Positions 32,856-41,077 of a stretch of DNA of 64,000 nt are shown here, one piece after another. Positions within the stretch are counted from its first letter, which is position 1. Each line of letters opens with the position of its first letter. The translations under genes and the position numbers were made by a program. Source of the DNA: Halorussus marinus (GTDB lineage Archaea; Halobacteriota; Halobacteria; Halobacteriales; Haladaptataceae); contig NZ_SBIV01000006.1 of the NCBI RefSeq assembly GCF_004765795.1, positions 1 to 64,000 of the forward strand, in the 5' to 3' direction. Under the pieces are notes generated by a model. It saw nothing but the letters and a program-made list of their open reading frames with translations. It was not told the DNA's origin and did not search any database.

Positions 32856-33131
32856 ATGGGAAACGGGGACCCCGAGAGTAGTAGCGGCCGCCCGCGCCGC
32901 GTCAGCGACGACGACATTCTCCACGCCGTCCGCGAGGTCGCCCGAGAGGACCGCGTCGCCACAACCAGCGAGGTCGAGGACCGCGTCGCTCTCTCCCGCC
33001 GCGGCGTCCAAAAACGCCTACGCGACCTCCACGAGCGCGGCAAAATCCAGAGCAAAGAGGTTGGCGCACGAGGGCGCGTTTGGTGGGTTGAAGATAGTCA
33101 CTTGCCCGACAACGAGGATAACACTGAGTGA
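32856..33131 (+). CDS. Winged-HTH regulator (probable repressor)
   Basis: TTSEVEDRVALSRRGVQKRLRDLHERGKIQSKEVGARGRVWW; divergent from the SWIM gene across an AT-rich spacer. Confidence 0.85.
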   Translation: MGNGDPESSSGRPRRVSDDDILHAVREVAREDRVATTSEVEDRVALSRRGVQKRLRDLHERGKIQSKEVGARGRVWWVEDSHLPDNEDNTE

Positions 33132-33176
33132 GAAGTTAGTCGGGTCGAAAAGGGTCTACCGTCGTCTTCTTACGAT

Positions 33177-33488
33177 TTAATTCTCAGACGTAGCTGATTC
33201 GGGCTCGTGGAGTGTAATTGTTCCATCAGTCTCAACCTGAACAGTGTAACTGTCGTATTTAAACTGGACTTGACCATCTGTGGTACGGGGTATTCCGCTT
33301 GACCGAGGGCCGAAAAGCGCGTCGAGAGCCTCTGGGTCAATGAAATTCGAAAGAACCGCCAACTCGGCCGGTTCAGCATCATTCAATGCGGCAACAGCGG
33401 AGATGAGTTCCTCGCTTACGGATTCTTCTTCGGGATTGCACGTTGTCTGATACGTCGTTGAATTTTCTGTGTTCGAGTCGTTAGTCAT
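33177..33488 (-). CDS. HalOD1 output domain protein (element-borne)
   Basis: IDPEALDALF...VQFKYDSYTVQVETDG. Confidence 0.85.
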   Translation of the reverse strand: MTNDSNTENSTTYQTTCNPEEESVSEELISAVAALNDAEPAELAVLSNFIDPEALDALFGPRSSGIPRTTDGQVQFKYDSYTVQVETDGTITLHEPESATSEN

Positions 33489-33499
33489 GGGGGCTGATA

Positions 33500-34565
33500 C
33501 TCACAGACATAAGTACGTGAAGACATCTGGAACTTCGATCCGATTGAGTGCAGAGAGCGCAGCATCACGAAGATCGTCGAGTGTGTCGAACAGACGGTTT
33601 CCAAGTTCTTGATCGAGTTGTCGCCAGCACTCTTCCGCGGGGTTCAGCTCTGGTGAACCCCGCGGAAGGTAACACAGTTCGATCGGCGTGTCTTCGACGA
33701 ATTCCTGCACTGCGTTGGCCGTAAAATACGAGGCGTTGTCCAAGACAACGCAGATTTTCTCGCCGAACTCGGTTTGGAGGGCGTCTAGCAAGCGAATCGT
33801 CGTGTCGCTGTTGAAGTTCTCGGCACAGGGGAGAAAGAACGTTTCTCCGGAATCGCTGACCGCACCGAGCAGCTTGATGCTGTCCCACGCGCCCGTCACC
33901 GGCAGTGACGGGCGCTCTCCTTCTGGAAACCACGCATAGATCAGCGTCGAGAGTACCTGGCGCGTCTGATCGATGGTCAGGATCGTGTATTCATCGTCCA
34001 AGTTGTCGCGCTTTTTTTGAACCCTTCCTGCCAGGCTTCTTGGGCCCTTTCGTCGGATTTGTAGAACTCCGGCCGGGCTGTCTTCCAGGACAGCCCGGCC
34101 TCAGACATCAATCGTCGGACGTGGCGTTCACAGTACTCAACATCGAATTCTTCGGCAAGGTAGTGACGAGCTAGTGGAACAGACCACGCGGGCGCATCTA
34201 GCCCAGCTTCCTCGGGTGATTCGTGGAGTGCCTCAACGAACTTGTCGTGCTGTTGGCCAGAGAGCTCAGACGGTCTCCCGGAACGGTGTTCGTCGTAGAC
34301 AACCTCCTCGAACGGCTCGTCGGCGAGCCGTTCGAGTCGGTCAAGCCAGCGTGAGAGCCAGCCAGCAGTGTATCCGTAGCGTTCAGCAACATCTTCCATC
34401 GTCGCTTCGTCTTCTTCGAGGGAGTTGATCGCCGCCATAACCCGCTGTGTCGGCTTTTTCCCCTCGACCTCTGCCAAGACCTGGCGGAGGTCGTCGGTAG
34501 ATACGTCGTTGAGGGAAGCCATATCAGAACAACGTCTTCCTATTTGAAAAAGATTCAGCCGTCAG
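33500..34565 (-). mobile_element. IS630-family insertion sequence
   Basis: TA on both sides (33498-99, 34566-67), imperfect ends CTCACAG / CTGACGG, split transposase. Confidence 0.85.
33501..34522 (-). CDS. IS630 transposase in two ORFs joined by a probable programmed -1 frameshift
   Basis: ORF A HTH (33977-34522); ORF B DDE (IDQT, LDNASY, SPELNPAE); A7G slippery site at 34011-34018. Confidence 0.88.
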
Positions 34566-34914
34566 TATGATTACGAGATAGTTAGTTGGCTAATACAAAT
34601 CCATCGGTGATTTTCGCTCAGAATTCTTTTTGATAAAGTGAACGATTTCCTCAAACGCTCACGGTGCGGCATTACTCATCCTCGGCAGCACCCAGCGGCC
34701 ACTCCCCGCGGGCCTTCAGTGTTCACGCGCGGCTCGACCCCGGCGCGGCCCGGTCTGCTCACGCTCAACCCCCGGGGTCCGGCCGCCCGTCACGGGGCTC
34801 GCGCCGCCGCAGTCAGCCGAGTATCCGTCTCGGCGTCCCCGCGGTCGGCGTCGGCGCACCACCGCCGACGCCACCGCCACCACACCACCGCCGCCCCCCG
34901 CCCGAGAGCCGCGC

Positions 34915-35589
34915 TCACGCGCCCGAGGCGTGGTCGCCGAGCGTTGTCTGCCGTTCGAACCGTTCAAGAATATTATACCGCTCACCGCGCGTCACGCTCG
35001 TCGTGTCGACGCTCTCGACCCCGAGCGCCTCAGCCCACGCCAGCGCGTCCGCGAACCCCGCCGCCGGCGGCCGCCCGATATGTACCGACAGCCCCGCGTC
35101 GTGGGCCGCCTCGGTCAGCTCCTCGGCGTGCGACAGCTTCCAGCGGTCCGACCCGCCGATGAACACGGTCGCCGCGTTCACGGCCTCCGCGAGCGCCAGC
35201 ACCCGCGCCGGCGTCATCCCGTCCTGTGCCGCGACCGCTCGGGGCAGCGTCGAGCTCCCGAGCCCCCGCGCGTCGAGCCGCTTCGCGAACGTTCGGGTTC
35301 GCAGCTCCGACGCGTCGGCGTCGCCGACCACGTCCGGCAGCACCACAAACTCCGGCTCGCGCCCGTTCGCGCGCTCCGGTATCTCCTCAACCCGCGACAG
35401 CCACGCGTCCGCCGACCACTCCTCGGGGCGCTCACGCGCCGCGAAACACCCGTTGTCGAGCGCGTAGGGCACGTTCACGCCCGCCGTGAATCGCTCCGGC
35501 AGCCACATCGCGCCGTGACAGTGCGAGGGCGCCGCCGCTCGACACTTCCGCAGCTTCTCGACCGTCGGCACGCCGTGTAAAATCAGCAT
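34915..35589 (-). CDS. TGT-fold transglycosylase, DpdA-like
   Basis: ALDNGCF, LPDVVGD, AQDG, FIGG, VHIG and SVDTTS appear in TGT motif order. Confidence 0.7.
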   Translation of the reverse strand: MLILHGVPTVEKLRKCRAAAPSHCHGAMWLPERFTAGVNVPYALDNGCFAARERPEEWSADAWLSRVEEIPERANGREPEFVVLPDVVGDADASELRTRTFAKRLDARGLGSSTLPRAVAAQDGMTPARVLALAEAVNAATVFIGGSDRWKLSHAEELTEAAHDAGLSVHIGRPPAAGFADALAWAEALGVESVDTTSVTRGERYNILERFERQTTLGDHASGA

Positions 35590-35600
35590 GGGGCGCCGGG

Positions 35601-36206
35601 TTATCGTCGGTCGCCCTCGTCGTCGTCGTCACCCGGCGGCCATTTCCCCCGGCGCTTGAGCCGCTTGCGCTCGCTCTCGTACGCCGGTCGACCGCGCCGA
35701 ACCATCCGCCCGTTCACGTTCAGACGGTCCGGCCCCTCGGGCTCGTCGCCGTCGCCGTCGTCGGCGTTCGCCGAGAGGTTCTCGCTGTATTGCTCCATCG
35801 TCCCATTAATCGCCGCGTCCGAGCCCGAGGCGTCGGCGTTCGCCGAGAGCGCGCCCGGGCCGTCGACGTTGGTCGCGCCGCGTTCACGCGCCGTCCCGGC
35901 GGGCATCCCGCCCGAGTCGTCGTCGCGGTCGAGCTCCTTGACGGCGTCGCGCGACGCCTTCGCGTGGGGGGTTCCGAACCCCGGGCCGGGGATGTCGTGG
36001 CCCGCGACCGCGTTCGCCGCCAGCGTGTTCACGTCGCCGCTCACGGGGCTCGCGCCGGTCATATCCGCCACGATGAGCGCCATATCCCGCAGCACGTCGG
36101 TATCGAACGTGCGGAGGGCGGCCTCGTCGCGGTCGGTGTTCGCCGCGATAGTCTTGATGAACGTCGCTCGCGTCGCGTCGTCGTCGTGGTCGTCGTCGTT
36201 CGTCAT
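35601..36206 (-). CDS. Acidic low-complexity hypothetical protein with basic C-terminus
   Basis: 201 aa from ATG 36206; TTATAA at about 36391 upstream. Confidence 0.65.
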   Translation of the reverse strand: MTNDDDHDDDATRATFIKTIAANTDRDEAALRTFDTDVLRDMALIVADMTGASPVSGDVNTLAANAVAGHDIPGPGFGTPHAKASRDAVKELDRDDDSGGMPAGTARERGATNVDGPGALSANADASGSDAAINGTMEQYSENLSANADDGDGDEPEGPDRLNVNGRMVRRGRPAYESERKRLKRRGKWPPGDDDDEGDRR

Positions 36207-36425
36207 GGTAGTGTCGTGGTGTCGAGGCGCCGCCGGTGCCCGCCGCTCTCGTCGTCGCGCTCGTCGCTGCTCGCGGCTCGGCTCGTCGTCGCTCAACCGC
36301 TGGAGGGCACGCCGTCGCACTCTATCGGGGTGTTACCGCGCCTCAACCATCAGTGTTCCCCACAGAGCCCCGCAGAAACGCCTACTTGCGTTATAACCGC
36401 GTTAAATCCCTTCGTTCAGCTCAGC

Positions 36426-36701
36426 TCAGACCGACAGTAACTCCTCAATATCCTCCTGGTCGAGCTCACCGTCCCGAATCCGCTCCCCAATCGCCTCCGG
36501 GTCGTGTCCACGCGCCCGCAGCTCGCCCCGCACCTCCCGCGGCGCGAACGGCAGTGACTCCGCCAGCACCCGCCACGGCGCGCTCCGCAGCCGCGCCGCA
36601 CGCCGCTCCGACTCGTCCGACGGGTCGAACGCCAGCCGCCCCTCATCGTCTAACAGCGCGCTCCCACTCCCGCTCTCGTCGCCGCTGTCACGGTTACTCA
36701 T
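36426..36701 (-). CDS. Hypothetical protein
   Basis: 91 aa acidic, GAGGTG RBS-like sequence upstream. Confidence 0.6.
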   Translation of the reverse strand: MSNRDSGDESGSGSALLDDEGRLAFDPSDESERRAARLRSAPWRVLAESLPFAPREVRGELRARGHDPEAIGERIRDGELDQEDIEELLSV

Positions 36702-36777
36702 ACCCGCCGCTCACACCTCGACCCCATTGATTCTTCCCCACCGCCGCGAACGTCCGAGCGCCACGCTCACGCCCTTC

Positions 36778-37656
36778 TCACGCGCCCTCGCTCTCACTCT
36801 CGCTCCCGTCCTCGACCTCGGCCTCACCCGCCTCAGCGTCGAGTTCCACGTCGTCGTCGCTCGCCGCCGGCGGGTCCAGCAGCGTCGCCCGGTCGCCCTC
36901 GTTCACATCATCGTCTGACAACCACAACGCGAGCTGCCCGCGCGCTACGTCGTCCTCAATCACATCTGCCGGCGCCTCACCCCGCTGCGCCCACTCCGGC
37001 GGCTCGTCCGGAATCTCCACGTCCGACTGGTCCTCCACGATGGTTTTCCGCGACCGCCACCGGCTAATCTCCCCCACGCGCTCCAGCGCCGCGTCCAGCT
37101 CCTCCGCGTCCCACTCTCCCGACCCCAGCCCACTGTGCTCACGGTCCCCGCTCCCGCCGTGTTCACGCGCCCCTCGGCCCCCGACGCTGTCGCCGCCCCC
37201 GTCGAGGTCGGCGTCGAGCCCGAGCACGTCAGCCCACGCCCGCGCCTCTTTCCCCGCCTTCTCCAACGCCCGCCAATCCTCCTCGCCCGCGTCGAGCAGG
37301 CCACGAACCACTCGGTTCCGTACCACCGACAGGTCCGCCACGAAGTCCTCACGGTCTACGTTCTCCGCGAGATACGTCCGGAGCCGCTTCTTGTCCTTAC
37401 AGATGGTTGCCGCCGACACGTCACACTCCTCTGCCCATCGTGACGGGCTCACGTCGTCCACCGTCGTCGGCCCCGACTCCGACAGCACCAACTCCAGCAG
37501 GTACGCCCGGCGCTCACGCCACCCCATCTCCGCCGGCGCCTTGTCGCCCGGCACGCTCACCTCCATGTAGTCCACACGCGGTCCCTCACCGCCGTCGTCG
37601 TCATCGTCGCTATCGCTCCCGCTCGCCGTGTTCGTGGTCGTGTTCTTCGCCGTCAT
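36778..37656 (-). CDS. HTH-containing protein of haloarchaeal mobile elements
   Basis: ERRAYLLELV...SPSRWAEECDVSAATICKDKKRL followed by helical and acidic regions. Confidence 0.7.
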   Translation of the reverse strand: MTAKNTTTNTASGSDSDDDDDGGEGPRVDYMEVSVPGDKAPAEMGWRERRAYLLELVLSESGPTTVDDVSPSRWAEECDVSAATICKDKKRLRTYLAENVDREDFVADLSVVRNRVVRGLLDAGEEDWRALEKAGKEARAWADVLGLDADLDGGGDSVGGRGAREHGGSGDREHSGLGSGEWDAEELDAALERVGEISRWRSRKTIVEDQSDVEIPDEPPEWAQRGEAPADVIEDDVARGQLALWLSDDDVNEGDRATLLDPPAASDDDVELDAEAGEAEVEDGSESESEGA

Positions 37657-38211
37657 ACTAAACCGATATTTACCGTTTACCGCTCCCGCTCCTTGGGGTT
37701 TCCGCCGCGAGCGGAGCCCACACGCTAAAATTCAGGCATCCCAACGCCGACGAAAGGAGCTCACGATTCCCGCGAATCTATCGTATCCTGCGGCTATTGG
37801 CAGCTTAGGCCCTCATCGACCACTTCAAACTCCAGAGAAAGACATTCAGTGCAGGCAGGGTCGAAAGGTAGCACTTCACCGCTCTTTAAGCGTGCTCTCC
37901 GAGTTTCCCCGCATTGGACACATTCAATCGTAATGACCGTCACTGTTAGACCGTGAATCGCTCGGGAATTATAAATCCGCAGTTGTATTGCGACAGTTGC
38001 ACGGGCAATTCTGACTAATGAAGCCGTGCTACCAATTACGTTTAGTCACACGCTGCGCCCCCGAGCCGCGCGACCGCCTCGACCGCGACCACCACCCACC
38101 CGGAGCGCGAGCAGGAGTGGGGCCAAAGCGCGCTGGCAGGGTAAGATAACCCCGCAGATTTCTCAGCGAGCGCGAGCGGCCCTGAAACGCCGCTCCAAGT
38201 AAGTACAGCAC

Positions 38212-38393
38212 CCCATGCGAAGAACCCATAACTGGCTCCCGCCTCGACCGCTCTCGACCCGGACGCAACCGCCGCGAGAACGGCCACACGCCGCCAGAGA
38301 GCGGCGTGAACACGCCGCGACCCCCGGCGTCTCAAACACGCCACCACCACATTAAGAGAGCTAAGCGGCCCATGCGAAGAACCCCTTACTGGC
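38212..38393. repeat. Two 25-bp direct repeats, candidate origin region
   Basis: CCCATGCGAAGAACCC(ATA/CTT)ACTGGC at 38212-38236 and 38369-38393. Confidence 0.75.
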
Positions 38394-38602
38394 CTCGGTA
38401 CCCGGCCCGCTCGACGCCGTCGACTCGTCGAAACACCCCACACAGAATATGGAATCTCACCGAGCATCTCACTCGACAAACGTGAATCGGCCGAGCAGTT
38501 CGAGCACCCGACACTCTCGACGTGTTCACACGCCGCGCCGAACAGCGCCGCCGCTCGCGACCGCACCGCGTCGAGCCCGGCCGGGGTCACGCGCCCCCGG
38601 CG

Positions 38603-40237
38603 TCAATCCGCCGGCGGTGACTCGACCGGCGGCGGGTCTTCCGGTATCTGCGCCGGCCGCGGCCGCCCGAGCTCCTCCCACTCCTCGCGGGCCTCCCGCA
38701 GCGCGTCGAGCGTCGCGTCGTCACGCGCCTCGACCCACGACTCGTCGCCGAGGTACTCGTCGGCCTCCCACATCGGCCGCAACTGGCCGCGACAGCGGGG
38801 CGCCGAGGTCGAGGTCGACTCAGCGTCGGCCTCGCTCTCGTCGCCACTGCTCGCCCCTGTGGGGTCGTCAACGAACGCCGGCCGATGGTCGCTTCCCGCC
38901 GGCACGTCCCACGCTCTGGACTGCGCCGAGGCGTCCCACGCCTCGGCCTCGGTCGCGTCGAGCTCGCCCGCCGGCGCGGGTGCGTCGTCGCTCCCGTTCC
39001 ACGTCGCCCGCGGCCCGAGGTCGTCGGGCGCCCGCCCGGTGGCAGTCACACCCGACCCCGACGCGACCCGGACCGCCGCCGGCGTCTCGGGTGTCGCGGG
39101 GTCGCGCGGCTCGGCGTCGGCGTCGGCGTGGTCGTGCGCGTCGGCGTCGGCGTCCTCGACCGGCGCCGAGCAGCGGGGTTCGGGAAACTCGACGCCGAGC
39201 ACGTCGGGCGCCGCGGACCGCAGCGCCGCCGTCGCCTCGGCGCGCACGTCGTCGTACGCCTCGAAATTCGCCACCTCACCGAATTGCCGGATTGCCGACC
39301 GAAACGCGCCGTCGTCGCCGAGCCGCAGCCCGGTGTGACTCACCGCGTACAGCGTCGCCCGCGCCAGCGCGACGAGGTCGCGGATAGACGTCGAGGAGTC
39401 CGGGTCGGCCTCGGTGATTCGCTCGACCACCACGCCGGTCTGCTCCTCTATCTCACGCGTCACAGCGCCGCCCTCAACCCAGTCCGAGACGGCGATAACG
39501 TGGAAGTGGGGCGCGTAGACCAGAAACTCGTCGCGGACGGCCTCCCACGTCCAGTCGTCGCTCTCGACCTTCCCGAGCACGTCCGCCCACGTCATATCGC
39601 CGTCGCCCGACTCGTGACCCTTCACCTCGCCGCGATACTCCTCGGTGATTCGCCACGGGTGATAGATTATCGTCCCCGTATCTACACTGATTTGCCGCAT
39701 CAGACGCTTTACGACCTGAAACCCGCGGTCGAGCGGGTCTTTGGCGTTCACGCGGAACCCGATTCCGGCGAGCGAAACCGTGAGGTGGTGTTTCTTGACG
39801 CTCCGGCCGGATTGGGCGCCCCACGTCTTCGCGAGCGACTGGGTTTTGGCGACCGGCTCGACCGCCCGCTGGAACGCCCACGACTGCCAGCAGCGCGGAC
39901 ACCGCGAGCGCCGGCATGTCCGGCCGACCGAGACGGGCTCCCCGCAGTCGCCACAGAACAGCGCCGATATCTCGTCGCCGCAGTCGTCGCCCTTCGCGCC
40001 CGAGCCCGGCGAGACGCCCTCGGTCAGCTCGTCGTCGTACGCTCGACCGTCCGGCTCGCTCACCTCAATCGCGTTCCACGTCTCCCGGTCCGGGTGGAGG
40101 GTCACGCGCCGCCGGTCGTGGTCGGCGTCCTCGGGCGCGTCCGTCTCGAAACACACTGCCGACGCGGTCGAGCTGTCGGCCGCGCGGCTCGACCCCGGCG
40201 TGTCCGGTACGCCCGCCGGCGTCCCCGGTGGGCTCAT
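38603..40237 (-). CDS. HUH-superfamily rolling-circle replication initiator with Cys-rich N-terminus
   Basis: CGDC-x8-C-x4-CPRC; motif I HLTVS, motif II PHFHVI, motif III YAVSH; GGAGGTGA RBS. Confidence 0.8.
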   Translation of the reverse strand: MSPPGTPAGVPDTPGSSRAADSSTASAVCFETDAPEDADHDRRRVTLHPDRETWNAIEVSEPDGRAYDDELTEGVSPGSGAKGDDCGDEISALFCGDCGEPVSVGRTCRRSRCPRCWQSWAFQRAVEPVAKTQSLAKTWGAQSGRSVKKHHLTVSLAGIGFRVNAKDPLDRGFQVVKRLMRQISVDTGTIIYHPWRITEEYRGEVKGHESGDGDMTWADVLGKVESDDWTWEAVRDEFLVYAPHFHVIAVSDWVEGGAVTREIEEQTGVVVERITEADPDSSTSIRDLVALARATLYAVSHTGLRLGDDGAFRSAIRQFGEVANFEAYDDVRAEATAALRSAAPDVLGVEFPEPRCSAPVEDADADAHDHADADAEPRDPATPETPAAVRVASGSGVTATGRAPDDLGPRATWNGSDDAPAPAGELDATEAEAWDASAQSRAWDVPAGSDHRPAFVDDPTGASSGDESEADAESTSTSAPRCRGQLRPMWEADEYLGDESWVEARDDATLDALREAREEWEELGRPRPAQIPEDPPPVESPPAD

Positions 40238-40371
40238 CTGCTCACCTCCCGGTCGCCTTGGTCACCGCGGTTGTGGTCGCTGTCGTCGCGGTCAACGTGG
40301 TTGTTGTCGTCCGTCTCGAAATAAATCGCGCTTCGCGTTGTCGGTCGCCTCCTCGTTATCGTGTCCGGCAT
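40234..40371 (-). CDS. 45-aa ORF overlapping the rep start (ATGA)
   Basis: MPDTITRRRPTTRSAIYFETDDNNHVDRD...; not in the ORF track. Confidence 0.45.
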   Translation of the reverse strand: MPDTITRRRPTTRSAIYFETDDNNHVDRDDSDHNRGDQGDREVSR

Positions 40372-40397
40372 CGACGCGCGCGGGGGGTTGCTCCAAC

Positions 40398-40541
40398 TCA
40401 CTCGTCCGCGACCTCCAATAGCACCTCGGCCACGTCAGAAGCTGGGAGGTCACTTTCGGCGAGGGCTTCGAGGTCTTCTCGGTGCTCGTTGATTCGTTCG
40501 GTGGCGTCGTTCGAGTCGTAGGCGTCGCTGGTCGTGTGCAT
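40398..40541 (-). CDS. 47-aa acidic helical protein
   Basis: MHTTSDAYDSNDATERINEHREDLEALAESDLPASDVAEVLLEVADE*; not in the ORF track. Confidence 0.65.
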   Translation of the reverse strand: MHTTSDAYDSNDATERINEHREDLEALAESDLPASDVAEVLLEVADE

Positions 40542-41063
40542 CTTAGTCGATAGACTGCTTGATAATCACATGACCCGACAGACGGAGGTCGCCCAAATGC
40601 TCAAGAAGCCGGAGATACGACTAACGAACGAACCTCAACCGGTGTCGGTTGTGGGTTCGTTGTCGTCTCCGACGAGCATTCCGCCCGTCTGGGGTCATCA
40701 CGGTGCTGAGCGTCGGGGTGAGGGTTAATCACCGCCACTACCCCGGCGCTTTCTTCCGTTCTGGCGTGTCCTGTTTTGAGAGACGGGTGGGCTCGCGTCA
40801 ACTAAAGCACTGCGCAAGATTCATGGCTCTCAAGGCCTGAGAACGCAGAAATCGCAACTTCGTTGCTAACGCCGTTATCGTATATGTGTCATTACTCTCC
40901 GATAGATTTCAGGAATCTCCATCCAGCAAAAGGACCGAAATGCTAACTTTGTTTGATTCCGGTTGTGGAGACGCCGAGGTAGGCTCGCTTTTGGGGCGTG
41001 GCCTCCTCGGCGGATTCCGATACTACTAACTCTCGTCCGAGGAAAATACCGTGCGAGCCACTA

Positions 41064-41077
41064 ATGAAACTCCACGA
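41064..41077 (+). repeat. attR: ATGAAACTCCACGA (replacement sucC start)
   Basis: Matches 30501-30514 with one synonymous change (AAG/AAA). Confidence 0.9.

Larger units (their letters stand above)
30501..41077. mobile_element. Integrated ~10.56 kb plasmid/satellite-like element inserted in the sucC 5' end
   Basis: Flanking direct repeat, adjacent integrase, HUH Rep, accessory ORFs, GATC-free composition. Confidence 0.9.

Noticed and set aside
34915..35589. Housekeeping archaeosine tRNA-guanine transglycosylase (ArcTGT)
   Set aside because: Far too short, lacks the zinc-binding and C-terminal domains, and lies inside a mobile element
38042..38590. 182-aa minus-strand ORF downstream of rep
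   Set aside because: Basic, Arg/Ser-rich, no motif, and overlaps the DNA repeats; more likely non-coding, though a short CxxC peptide at its 5' end cannot be excluded
40998..41063. GTG-start N-terminal extension of SucC
   Set aside because: SucC canonically starts M-K-L-H-E-Y-Q at 41064, and the upstream DNA belongs to the element
30501..41077. Complete pleolipovirus or tailed provirus
   Set aside because: No membrane spike/matrix proteins, NTPase, capsid, portal or large terminase recognisable
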